Counted from the stretch's first letter, positions 1 through 8,665 are shown. The stretch is 17,420 bases of DNA from Armatimonadota bacterium (GCA_039680575.1 JBDKSP010000101.1:1-17420), one strand, 5' to 3'. A program made the numbers and translations. The notes: a model not told the origin generated them from the sequence alone.

Positions 1-159
1 CGCCAGAGAACTTCGCCCTAATCAGGCAGATTGCACACAACTTGCTAAAACTAAAGCAAACAACAGACAACAGAAGCGTAAGACGCAAGATTAACCTGTG
101 CTGCTGGGACAATGACTTCCTGGCTTCTGTAGTTGCTGGATTTTAGTGCGTAAGCCCTG
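1..159 (+). mobile_element. Right end of an ISAs1-family insertion sequence (runs off the window)
   Basis: Transposase C-terminus stops at 146 and is followed by TGCGTAAGCCCTG (147-159). Its reverse complement CAGGGCTTACGCA matches the CAGGG-starting terminal inverted repeats of ISAs1 elements. Host gene sequence resumes at 160. Confidence 0.88.
3..146 (+). CDS. ISAs1-family transposase, C-terminal fragment (5' partial)
   Basis: Manual translation of frame +3: PENFALIRQIAHNLLKLKQTTDNRSVRRKINLCCWDNDFLASVVAGF*. This fits the ISAs1 C-terminal pattern ENfaxlRxiAlNLL...sixxKxxxxxWdndfL. Confidence 0.88.
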   Translation, partial: PENFALIRQIAHNLLKLKQTTDNRSVRRKINLCCWDNDFLASVVAGF

Positions 160-1267
160 TGGTATAAACACCTGCGGATGGTGAAAAAGACACTAATCCT
201 GTATAGTTATAGGTACGCCCGTCTGATTCATCCGCGCCTATATCTACTATGCCATCAGGTAATGGCAGTATACGCGAGTCACCATCTATATCTGCCCAAC
301 CTGTCTGCACTACACTATTATCACCCTTGTCTTTGCATGATGAGGATGGGTAAATATGGACATCATATGTCCCGTTGGCAAGTTTTGGGTCCTCGGATAT
401 GTCATCTGCTCCAGCACTGGTTCCTGAATAATTGCTGTTGGTATTACCATAAACGCAGTTGTTTCGCAAAGTCAGGGTGCTGGAAGATGCATAAATTCCC
501 ACACGATTGTAAGCTACTATATTATTAACCACTGTAGGTGTAGATCTGTCGCAATAAATCCCCTGAGCGGAATTTCCAACGATTGTATTATTAATGATGG
601 TAGCAACCGTTACATTGTCACATGATAGTCCGGCATCATAATTCCATACATTGGTGTTCCGTGTAATGAAATTGCTGACAATAACCGGGCTGCAGCCAGC
701 GCACATAATGCCGCCAACAATATTATCACTGATAATATTGTTGGTGATAGTAGGTGATGTGGTGTAACCGCCGGAACAATATATTCCTCCGCCTCCCTGA
801 GAAGAAGTGGAGTTATTTATAATTGTATTATTCGTAATTGCGATAGATGAAAAGGAACAGTATACTCCTGAAGCGCTACCGTCACGAATAGTGAAGCCAT
901 CGATTAATCCGGCTGAGAGATTCCTCGCACTGACTACACTTCCACCTTTCTGTCCATTAAGCACCGTAACGTTAGTTTGCGAGTCCCTTTGTCCTCTTTC
1001 GGTCTCGCTGCCCGAAAATCCGCCATATAGTTCAACGCCATTCATTAGTGTAATTCGCTCAAGATAAGTCCCGGCGGCGACCCATACTTCGTCCCCGGAG
1101 ACAGCGGCGTTTATGCCGCGTTGCACACTATGAAACGCAGTATTCCAACTTGTTCCATCGAATAATGGCCCCGGTGAGTCGGATTTTACGTATACTACCT
1201 TCGCCCAGGCGGGCGAAACGGCAAAAAACAGTGCGATCAAGATAACAATAACAGGTAATCTCTTCAT
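143..1267 (-). CDS. Secreted right-handed parallel beta-helix (pectin lyase-like) protein with choice-of-anchor-Q-like motif, C-terminally truncated by ISAs1
   Basis: Signal peptide MKRLPVIVILIALFFAVSPAWA; DGTSWNTAF..VQ.GI...GDEVWVAAGTY cap; repeated IxNNxIxxN / GGIYC rungs; DIDGDSRI...VDIGADE motif; AAGGAG RBS upstream. The last residues GLTH* are read from the IS end. Confidence 0.88.
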   Translation of the reverse strand: MKRLPVIVILIALFFAVSPAWAKVVYVKSDSPGPLFDGTSWNTAFHSVQRGINAAVSGDEVWVAAGTYLERITLMNGVELYGGFSGSETERGQRDSQTNVTVLNGQKGGSVVSARNLSAGLIDGFTIRDGSASGVYCSFSSIAITNNTIINNSTSSQGGGGIYCSGGYTTSPTITNNIISDNIVGGIMCAGCSPVIVSNFITRNTNVWNYDAGLSCDNVTVATIINNTIVGNSAQGIYCDRSTPTVVNNIVAYNRVGIYASSSTLTLRNNCVYGNTNSNYSGTSAGADDISEDPKLANGTYDVHIYPSSSCKDKGDNSVVQTGWADIDGDSRILPLPDGIVDIGADESDGRTYNYTGLVSFSPSAGVYTTGLTH

Positions 1268-1314
1268 CTTGGCTCCTTTAAACCCTCTGCGAGTCCACTG
1301 TTATACCGGCACAG

Positions 1315-1354
1315 TGGTATAATCATGTATACCATCCAAATCTATGCTTGTCAA
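1315..1354 (-). promoter_or_regulatory. Sigma70-type promoter of the beta-helix gene with overlapping palindromic operator
   Basis: Minus strand TTGACA (1354-1349), 17 bp spacer ending TGG, then TATACA (1331-1326, imperfect -10). Palindrome TGGTATA-ATCATG-TATACCA at 1315-1334. Confidence 0.6.
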
Positions 1355-1390
1355 TAGCTTGATAGCTATATTTCAAATATTTCGGAGAAG

Positions 1391-2659
1391 TCAGTGAGTC
1401 AGATCAATAGTTTTTGCGGTTCCCTGGGCGTCAATGAAGTTGAATTCAGTTGGTGAGTTCCACCACATCACATTACTAGTGGGTTTTGAGGTTCTAAGGT
1501 GGAGCTTATGTCGTTTGGCTATATCTACGAAAAGAATAGCCTGTGGCGCGTTTGTATTGGCATCTGCGCTGAGTGAGACAGCGGCTAATCGCCCATGAGG
1601 TGATGCGGAGAATGTGTTAGGGTAACCCTCTTTATCTGTTAACCTGCCCATAAGAACATCCCGGTATCTTACTCCGCTGTCACTTTGATCATAAATTCTG
1701 ATAAACCAGTTATCGCTGTTATAACCGATCCTGTACGCAGTGTGCGGTGACATCCATCCGATAGTCTCAACCAAAACTCGATGCGCGGAGTAATCTTCGT
1801 ACACATATTCGAGCTTTGCGGACTTATCGTTCTCGATATCGAGCCAGTAAATATTCCGCATATCACGTCCCAAGGCATACCGGCCATCCGGGGAGATTGA
1901 CCAATCAATGTGTTCACAACTCAGTCTGTCACGTATGAGATTGTTGATAAGCGATCTGGGAGTAAGGCAAGCCATAATTGCAAGGGTTGCAATACCCGCG
2001 AAAGCCGTAATAGCATAGCGCCGTAATCGCTCGTTCACAGGCAGCGAAATACCCGCCCTTGCGACCGAGATACCTGCTATTATAAGTGGTAAAGGCCATA
2101 ACAGTTGCAGGATCCACAGCCGTAAACCATCGGACATCTCTCCAAGCGTCCAGAAGACGCATATCAACACCGTTCCCTGGACTATCATAAAGGCAGCGGA
2201 CTCAATTGTGCCCTCAAACACACTGGAGCAGGCAAACCCCGTTAGGAATGAAATGCCTGTAAAAAGCACGGCGAAGAAAACCCCCTCTGCCAGTCTGGGT
2301 GTCGTGAGCAGGCCGGTATACGCGGCTGGACAGGTTAGTAGATATACAATGGAAGCAAGAATTGATGCAGCCAGGAGCACACAGGTATTGACTATGAGTT
2401 TCGATGCAAGGATGCTTCGCCAGGTGATTGGCCGTGTCAGTAAAAACACTGCTCTTTTGGATGTCAGCTCACTGGAATATCCTGATGCACCCATCAAAAA
2501 CGCTATTAAGATGGGACCAAGGGACCAGCTAAGCATTTCCGCTCCGGGCGCGCCGTAGAATGTATATCCCCGTGTCCAGCTGGAATACATGGAAATCAGG
2601 CATAATGCTGCCATCCAGAGGGTTCTTTCCCGGGCTTCTTTCCAGATGAGTGACAACAT
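1391..2659 (-). CDS. ABC-2-type transporter permease with C-terminal beta-propeller-like domain
   Basis: N-terminal LIWKEARE and FLLTRPITWRSILASKL permease motifs; multiple hydrophobic segments in the first ~230 aa; soluble tail with WSISPDGRYAL and FSASPHGRLAAV; start codon abuts the stop of the upstream gene. Confidence 0.8.
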   Translation of the reverse strand: MLSLIWKEARERTLWMAALCLISMYSSWTRGYTFYGAPGAEMLSWSLGPILIAFLMGASGYSSELTSKRAVFLLTRPITWRSILASKLIVNTCVLLAASILASIVYLLTCPAAYTGLLTTPRLAEGVFFAVLFTGISFLTGFACSSVFEGTIESAAFMIVQGTVLICVFWTLGEMSDGLRLWILQLLWPLPLIIAGISVARAGISLPVNERLRRYAITAFAGIATLAIMACLTPRSLINNLIRDRLSCEHIDWSISPDGRYALGRDMRNIYWLDIENDKSAKLEYVYEDYSAHRVLVETIGWMSPHTAYRIGYNSDNWFIRIYDQSDSGVRYRDVLMGRLTDKEGYPNTFSASPHGRLAAVSLSADANTNAPQAILFVDIAKRHKLHLRTSKPTSNVMWWNSPTEFNFIDAQGTAKTIDLTH

Positions 2660-3916
2660 CTACCTGGAAATCCTTTCAGAGCCGGTACATACAGCCGTTT
2701 TTGTTGACGTGCTTACCTTGACCACCCTTAAGCGATAGCTGGGGATGAGTGCTGTGTCTGCAATCCAGCGTGTTTGCCCGGGATTGAGGTGCGCTGCGTT
2801 CTGGAAGACTACCTGCCCCGTTTTGAGCTTTAGGTCGAAGAGCCAGAGGTCCGCGGAAGAGTTTCGGAGAGCCGGCAGCCGGGCTATCATATAGTGTCCG
2901 GAAGGATCGACCGATGCAAAATGGCCGGATGTGCAAAGAGTATCGAAATTGGGCTGCAGAGGAAGCCTAATCAGGGTCCGATAACTGCCGGATCTTGTTT
3001 TCCATAGTGCAATCCTTGCACTGTGTTCGTCCGGGACGGACTCCAAAACATATACTCCGCCGTTTTTATCCGCCCAGGCAACGTGCCAATTCGACTCGAA
3101 CCGATGTATATACACTTCACCGGTCCTTTCATTCCTATACTGCGCGGCGTTTACCACAAATTTCCGGTTTGACATGGGCAGAATAGTGACAGCTTTGTCT
3201 GCCGGAGCATAGATATGGGGTGAAAAATGCTCGTTATATCTGTCCTGAAGTGATTCTCTGGCCTTTGGGATCGATGGAACGATAACTGCAGCCGCGATTA
3301 CTATAATGTAGATGCCGATCCGGATAGGTGTACAGATCATTCCCCTTAACATCAGAAACAGCAGTATAGATAGGTTCGTGCCAAAGAAGATCCCCCATGC
3401 TGCGACAGACTGCAGATGAAACGGCTGAATGATGAAAGGTCCTATGATGATAATCGATATACCGGCTACAACGGCAGTTCTGGATGAGGATATGCTGGAG
3501 ACAAAACAGGACAGCATGAAAAGCGCCAGTAAGTTGGGCAGCAAACAGAATAAGGCGGAATAATCTGAGCCAGCAGCTAAATTCTGAATCTGCGCCAGCA
3601 GTGCCGAAACAGTTATTATGATAACCGGAAAAACCGCCGACGTAAGCCATAGGTGGTATACATTTATGGGGAGATGGGTCCGTTCAAAGAGATGGTTGCG
3701 GTCCCGGCTGTCGCCGTTTGTGGCCCCCCAGAGCACTGCAAGTAAAGAAGGCACATATTCAATGAGTGTCGCTGGATAGCTGCCTAAGCCGATTCCTGAA
3801 TGAATCAGCCGGTTGCAGACCAGCCATAAAGCCAATCCCGCTATAAACCAACGCGAAGTCCGTAGGTCTTTGCGCAGCAGTGTGCCTAAAACCTGAAGAC
3901 CTGCTGTCGATATCAT
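2660..3916 (-). CDS. Multi-pass membrane protein, probable second ABC-2-type permease with C-terminal beta-rich domain
   Basis: LLRKDLRT N-terminal motif and THLPIN loop; multiple TM segments in the first ~215 aa; tail with ASVDPSGHYMI and SADLWLFDLK; starts 9 nt after the ATPase stop. Confidence 0.7.
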   Translation of the reverse strand: MISTAGLQVLGTLLRKDLRTSRWFIAGLALWLVCNRLIHSGIGLGSYPATLIEYVPSLLAVLWGATNGDSRDRNHLFERTHLPINVYHLWLTSAVFPVIIITVSALLAQIQNLAAGSDYSALFCLLPNLLALFMLSCFVSSISSSRTAVVAGISIIIIGPFIIQPFHLQSVAAWGIFFGTNLSILLFLMLRGMICTPIRIGIYIIVIAAAVIVPSIPKARESLQDRYNEHFSPHIYAPADKAVTILPMSNRKFVVNAAQYRNERTGEVYIHRFESNWHVAWADKNGGVYVLESVPDEHSARIALWKTRSGSYRTLIRLPLQPNFDTLCTSGHFASVDPSGHYMIARLPALRNSSADLWLFDLKLKTGQVVFQNAAHLNPGQTRWIADTALIPSYRLRVVKVSTSTKTAVCTGSERISR

Positions 3917-3925
3917 AAGGCATCC

Positions 3926-4813
3926 CTATCCGGCCATTTCCATGAAGATGCGTTCAAGACTTATATCCTCCACGGCTACACTTGCGGGATGAAGCCTGTG
4001 TATGGCGGACATCGATTCCTCCGTAATACCTTTGATAATCAGCGAACACTGCCGTCCGATCCTTTCAATTCTGAGCAGATTGGGAATATCGGTCGGTATG
4101 GGCTTCAGGGAATCGAATGACAGGACCACTTTTTTTATACTTGCCTTTAGAGCTTCCATCGGGGAGCACCACATCAGCTTGCCCTGGTTGATGATGCCCA
4201 CCCAGTCAGCTATCTTTTCTACTTCACTTACCTGATGCGTTGAGAAAAAGACCGTGTGGCCTTCATTCTGGATCAGTTCGATCACACCTCTAAGGAAATC
4301 ATGCCTGACAAGCACATCCAGTCCCGACGTCGGTTCATCCAGGATCAACAACTCCGGTCTGTAGGCCATTGCCAGAAGGAGAGCGAGCTTACCTCTGGTC
4401 CCGCGACTCAGCTCACCTATCTTTGATTCGCCTGATAGTTCGTAGCGGGTCTTGAGTTCGGAAACGAAACTGTCATCCCAGGATGGGTAAAAACGCCTGC
4501 AGAATCGTATGATTTCATCAACACTCATCCAGTCGTACATGCTCTGTCCCTCGGCAACGAAGCCCACCCGCCGCTTTATCTCAAGGGAGCGGCGCGCGCA
4601 ATCTAGACCAAGGACTCTGGCCTGACCTGATGTGCGGCTGATAATATTGAGGAGAATATGGATAGTGGTAGTCTTGCCAGCCCCGTTCGTACCCAGAAAT
4701 GCAAAGACACTTCCCCTGGGAACATTGAAGCAGATATTGTCCAGAACAGTCCTGCTGCCGTAGCGTTTGGTGAGATCGATGATCTCGATGGCCGGGTCGG
4801 ATGTCACGCGCAC
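3926..4813 (-). CDS. ABC transporter ATP-binding protein (YtrB/ABC-2 type)
   Basis: Walker A GTNGAGKTT, signature-like LSRGT, Walker B LLILDEPT, H-loop STH. Start is GTG 4813 or GTG 4807; the latter gives a GTGA overlap with the gntR stop. Confidence 0.95.
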   Translation of the reverse strand: MRVTSDPAIEIIDLTKRYGSRTVLDNICFNVPRGSVFAFLGTNGAGKTTTIHILLNIISRTSGQARVLGLDCARRSLEIKRRVGFVAEGQSMYDWMSVDEIIRFCRRFYPSWDDSFVSELKTRYELSGESKIGELSRGTRGKLALLLAMAYRPELLILDEPTSGLDVLVRHDFLRGVIELIQNEGHTVFFSTHQVSEVEKIADWVGIINQGKLMWCSPMEALKASIKKVVLSFDSLKPIPTDIPNLLRIERIGRQCSLIIKGITEESMSAIHRLHPASVAVEDISLERIFMEMAG

Positions 4814-5211
4814 TGCTCTCCGGTGTCATCGGTCCAGTCAGCTGATTCTATCCTTTCCCTTACCATTCGTTCCAGTTCCACAGGTAAAATACCGAAAGAG
4901 CTGGCATCCTCAATCAATCGATCTATTGTATCGGAAAGAGTGCAGAGGCGGTATTCATCCAGAGCATAGGTCGGAGTGGAGGACACAAAACATCCTGAGC
5001 CCTGTTTGATGTCAACAAGACCTTCCGTCTCAAGCTCTTTGTAAGCCTTGAGGACAGTCATTGGGTTTATTTCGAGCTCGAGTGCCATCTCTCTGCGTGA
5101 AGGCAGCACATCGCCTTTAGCCAGGATTCCTGAAGCGATAGCCCTTTTAACCTGTTCGATTATTTGGGCATATACCGGCACCGAACTCTTGGAATCGATT
5201 CGAAAAAGCAT
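4804..5211 (-). CDS. GntR-family transcriptional regulator, YtrA subfamily
   Basis: PVYAQIIEQVKRAIASG.L..GD.LPSRREMALELEINPMTVLKAYKELETEGLV winged HTH; short C-terminal domain; heads an ABC operon. Confidence 0.95.
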   Translation of the reverse strand: MLFRIDSKSSVPVYAQIIEQVKRAIASGILAKGDVLPSRREMALELEINPMTVLKAYKELETEGLVDIKQGSGCFVSSTPTYALDEYRLCTLSDTIDRLIEDASSFGILPVELERMVRERIESADWTDDTGEQCA

Positions 5212-5240
5212 AAAATATCACTGCATTCTATATTATTTAC

Positions 5241-5280
5241 TGGTGTAGTGTACTATACCATCGGATATTGGCTTTGTCAA
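5241..5280 (-). promoter_or_regulatory. Strong sigma70-type promoter of the gntR-ABC operon with overlapping putative GntR operator
   Basis: Minus strand TTGACA (5280-5275), 17 bp spacer, TGn-extended TATAGT (5257-5252). Palindrome TGGTGTA-GTGTAC-TATACCA at 5241-5260. Confidence 0.75.
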
Positions 5281-5312
5281 CAGAAAGGTAAGAGTTTTTA
5301 GAGTTGATGAGT

Positions 5313-5444
5313 ACAACATCATGCTGAACTATCACAACGTCATGCTGAGCTTGACTCGGAATCCAGAAAGAAAGATGGACTCTGAATCTATGGATTTTCG
5401 GCTATAGCCGAAAATCTTCCGGGGAGAGTTTCAGGATGATGTGT
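5313..5444. repeat. Degenerate REP-like palindromic element with tandemly duplicated left end and internal 24-bp perfect palindrome
   Basis: ACAACATCATGCTGAACT (5313-5330) and ACAACGTCATGCTGAGCT (5334-5351) match 16/18. GTCATGCTGA...GGAATCCAG is imperfectly inverted to TGGACTCTGA...TCAGGATGAT. GATTTTCGGCTATAGCCGAAAATC (5393-5416) is a perfect palindrome. Confidence 0.6.
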
Positions 5445-5505
5445 TGGTTGTTTAGTGTGATATATAATTCATGCAAGAGTGAACTATTACAACAGAAATG
5501 ACATA

Positions 5506-6030
5506 TCAGGGCTGCACATACCTAAGCTTGCTTTTTGCCATGCGATTATTTGGGTCGAGTTCCAATGCCTTCTTGAACTCGTGTTTTGCTTCAGCCCGCC
5601 GGTCAAGATGGGAAAGCGACCAGCCTAATTGCACATGCCCTTGAGGGTCGTAGGGAGATTTCCTGGTGTAATCTCGGAACAATCTTTCAGCTTGAATAAG
5701 CGCTGAGTAGTCATTATTATCCTCATAGCGGAATGCACAGGCCATGCCGTAGAGGTATCGCCATTCATTTGAGTGGAATGTATTATAGCCACGGCGGGCA
5801 GGGTTGTACATGTCAGCCCTGCGGCCTTCCGCGAGGAGAGACCTGCACTTGAGCAGCAGCGCATCCTCATTCATGCCGTTCGACTCAGCCGCGGCGACTT
5901 GACCGATTTGCATGAACTTGTTGGCATAACGGCTGAAATTGATGCTGCTCAGCCCAGCAACAATGCAGACACCGATGATGAGTTTCATTAAATCGATCAG
6001 CAACCTTCTGCTCCTCAGTCTATTAAGCAT
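5506..6030 (-). CDS. Tetratricopeptide-repeat protein with N-terminal membrane anchor or signal
   Basis: Hydrophobic LIIGVCIVAGL segment; C-terminal TPR DPQGHVQLGWSLSHLDRRAEAKHEFKKALELDPNN. The true start may be the Met of MKLIIG. Confidence 0.75.
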   Translation of the reverse strand: MLNRLRSRRLLIDLMKLIIGVCIVAGLSSINFSRYANKFMQIGQVAAAESNGMNEDALLLKCRSLLAEGRRADMYNPARRGYNTFHSNEWRYLYGMACAFRYEDNNDYSALIQAERLFRDYTRKSPYDPQGHVQLGWSLSHLDRRAEAKHEFKKALELDPNNRMAKSKLRYVQP

Positions 6031-6055
6031 GCGATTATCGTTTCAGAAATCAGCG

Positions 6056-8665
6056 TTACTGATTTCCTTTTACCTTCCTCTGCAGTTCGTCCAGCTTGAC
6101 GAGTGCCTCGATAGGGGACATGGTAGCTATGTCCAACTTTTCGAGCTCATCTACTACAGGATGTGTCTCACCTTCGAATAGAGTAAGCTGCAATTTCTGC
6201 GTTTTTGCGGACAAGGATTTACCTGCGCCGGCCATGTTTCCTGCTCCATCATTCTTCTCCAGATCGGACAGGATCTCAGCCGCTCGTGTTATGACATCAG
6301 ACGGCAGTCCGGCAAGCCGTGCGACCTCTATTCCGTAGCTTCTGTCAGTCCCTCCCGGCATAATTTTTCTCAACCACACGATCCGGTCAGCTTCTTCTTT
6401 TACCGCGATGCGATAGTTCTTCACACCAGGCTTATCTTTCTCAAGCTCGTTCAGGTGGTGATAGTGGGTAGCAAAAAGCGTTTTTGCGCCTATTGCCATT
6501 ATCTGCTCTGCGACAGCCCAGGCGATAGAAAGCCCGTCATATGTCGATGTTCCCCGCCCGATCTCGTCCAATACGATCAGGCTGCGCCTCGTGGCGTTGT
6601 TCAGGATGTTTGCAGTCTCGTTCATCTCGACCATAAATGTGCTTTGTCCGCTTGCAAGCTCATCATGCGCGCCGACCCTGGTGAATATCCGGTCGACAAC
6701 GCCTATTTTTGCTTCATCGGCAGGCACGAAACTGCCGATCTGCGCCATGAGCACGATCAATGCTACCTGCCTGAGATATGTGGACTTTCCGGCCATATTA
6801 GGACCGGTTATGATGAGCAGTTGGTCTGTTTCGCAGTTTAAGAAAGTGTCATTAGGCACGAACCTGTCGTCCGTCAGGAACTGTTCGACGACCGGATGGC
6901 GGCCGTTTCTTATGGTTATCTCCTCGCTGTCATCGACAATCGGACGGATGTAGCCGTTCAATGCTGCGACCTCGGCAAGCGATGCCAGCACGTCAAGCTC
7001 GGCGACGGTACGCGCGACTTTGCCGACGCTCCGGGCTTCATCGGCCACTTTTTCCCGCACTTCGGTGAAAAGCATGTATTCGAGATCGACGGCTTTCTCA
7101 TCAGCGCCAAGTACCCGCGCTTCATACTCCTTGAGCTCCGGAGTGATGTATCGTTCGCTGTTTACGGTCGTCTGCTTACGGATAAAATCTTCCGGCACGA
7201 GTTTCTGGTTTGCCTTCGAGACCTCTATATAGTAGCCGAAGACAGAGTTGTAGCCGACCTTCAGGTTCTTAATGCCTGTACGTTCACGTTCGGTTGTTTC
7301 GAGGTTCGTGATCCAGTCCCTGCCGTCGGTCGCGGCGCTTCTCAGTATATCGAGCTCAGAATCAAAACTTTTGCGGATAATACCGCCGTCCTTAACGGTC
7401 GCAGGAGGATCGTCAGTAATAGCCGTTCGGATAATCGATACGACATGCTCGAGTGAGTCGATCTCATCCGATAATTGCTTGAGCATCGTACAGCCGGCTT
7501 CGTCAAGCGCAGCTTTGATAGGCGGAAGTGCCTCAAGTGACACGGCTAGCCCGACAAGGTCACGCGCATTGGCGTTTCCGATCACGATCCGGCTCATCAA
7601 CCGTTCCATATCCTGCACATCTGAAAGCAGCTCTCGTATTTCGCCTCGGAGAAGGGCGCCAAGATAAAATTCCTCTACAGCTTCTTGTCTTCGGACTATA
7701 CAGGGCACATCGAGAAGCGGCTGGTCGAGCCATTTTCTGATGAGCCGCCCTCCCATCGCAGTCTTTGTGCGGTCAAGGATAGAAAGGAGGCTCTTGCCTT
7801 TGCCTTCGGGTGAGATGGACTGGACAAGTTCCAGATTCCTGCGCGCGGCAGGGTCGAGGACCATGAACCCGGCGGTAGAATAGGTCGCTATCGATGAAAT
7901 GTGCTGTAGGGCGGGTGCATTCGTGCGCTTCAGGTAGTCGAGGATCATTGCCGCGGCTTCAATTCCGACGGACATATCTTCGCAGCCGAATCCTCTCAAA
8001 GATGACGTGCCGAAATGCGAAATAAGCCGTTCATGTGCAGGCTGGATGTACGAGTCACTCTCCTCATACTGTGTCACATATCCGCTGGAAGCTGACTTGA
8101 CCTGTGACATGAGGTCACGGTCGATCTCTCGAACAAGACATTCGGCGGGTGAAAGCCGCGCTAATTCTTCCATTGCTTTTGGTACAGCATCGCGGCCGTC
8201 TATTTCGGTCACGATGAACTCGCCGGTCGATATATCGACAACCGCGAGGCCGGTATGGGTCTCGTTAGGGACAATGGATGCCAGATAGTTATTCGATTTC
8301 GCATTCAGCATGCCGTCTTCCAGAACGGTGCCGGGGGTGACGACGCGGGTAACATCGCGTTTGACAAGCCCTTTTGCGAGTTTTGGGTCTTCCATCTGGT
8401 CGCATATTGCAACCCGATAGCCACGAGAGATGAGCCTGGCGATATACCGCTCGACCGAATGGTGCGGAACACCACACATCGGCATTTTGCCGGACGCACC
8501 TGCATCTCTCGATGTCAAAACTATCTCAAGCTCACGTGATGCGAGGACTGCGTCATCCCCGAACATTTCGTAGAAGTCTCCAAGCCGGAACATAAGTATG
8601 ATGTCCGGATACTGCGATTTGATCGACTTGTACTGCGCGAGCATAGGTGTCAGTTTTGCAGCCAT
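6056..8665 (-). CDS. mutS: DNA mismatch repair protein MutS
   Basis: TPMLAQY, FRLGDFYEMF mismatch-binding motif, GPNMAGKSTYLRQ, STFMVEM, DEIGRGTSTYDG, SYGIEVARLAGLP, and clamp-binding-like QLTLF; 869 aa. Confidence 0.99.
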   Translation of the reverse strand: MAAKLTPMLAQYKSIKSQYPDIILMFRLGDFYEMFGDDAVLASRELEIVLTSRDAGASGKMPMCGVPHHSVERYIARLISRGYRVAICDQMEDPKLAKGLVKRDVTRVVTPGTVLEDGMLNAKSNNYLASIVPNETHTGLAVVDISTGEFIVTEIDGRDAVPKAMEELARLSPAECLVREIDRDLMSQVKSASSGYVTQYEESDSYIQPAHERLISHFGTSSLRGFGCEDMSVGIEAAAMILDYLKRTNAPALQHISSIATYSTAGFMVLDPAARRNLELVQSISPEGKGKSLLSILDRTKTAMGGRLIRKWLDQPLLDVPCIVRRQEAVEEFYLGALLRGEIRELLSDVQDMERLMSRIVIGNANARDLVGLAVSLEALPPIKAALDEAGCTMLKQLSDEIDSLEHVVSIIRTAITDDPPATVKDGGIIRKSFDSELDILRSAATDGRDWITNLETTERERTGIKNLKVGYNSVFGYYIEVSKANQKLVPEDFIRKQTTVNSERYITPELKEYEARVLGADEKAVDLEYMLFTEVREKVADEARSVGKVARTVAELDVLASLAEVAALNGYIRPIVDDSEEITIRNGRHPVVEQFLTDDRFVPNDTFLNCETDQLLIITGPNMAGKSTYLRQVALIVLMAQIGSFVPADEAKIGVVDRIFTRVGAHDELASGQSTFMVEMNETANILNNATRRSLIVLDEIGRGTSTYDGLSIAWAVAEQIMAIGAKTLFATHYHHLNELEKDKPGVKNYRIAVKEEADRIVWLRKIMPGGTDRSYGIEVARLAGLPSDVITRAAEILSDLEKNDGAGNMAGAGKSLSAKTQKLQLTLFEGETHPVVDELEKLDIATMSPIEALVKLDELQRKVKGNQ

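Noticed and set aside
160..169. TGGTATA at the ISAs1 junction as a third GntR operator
   Set aside because: Only one half-site, inside coding sequence, with no mirror TATACCA 6 nt away; likely chance.
5313..5351. Mini-CRISPR from the 18-bp direct repeat
   Set aside because: Only two imperfect copies, 3 nt apart, with no spacer.
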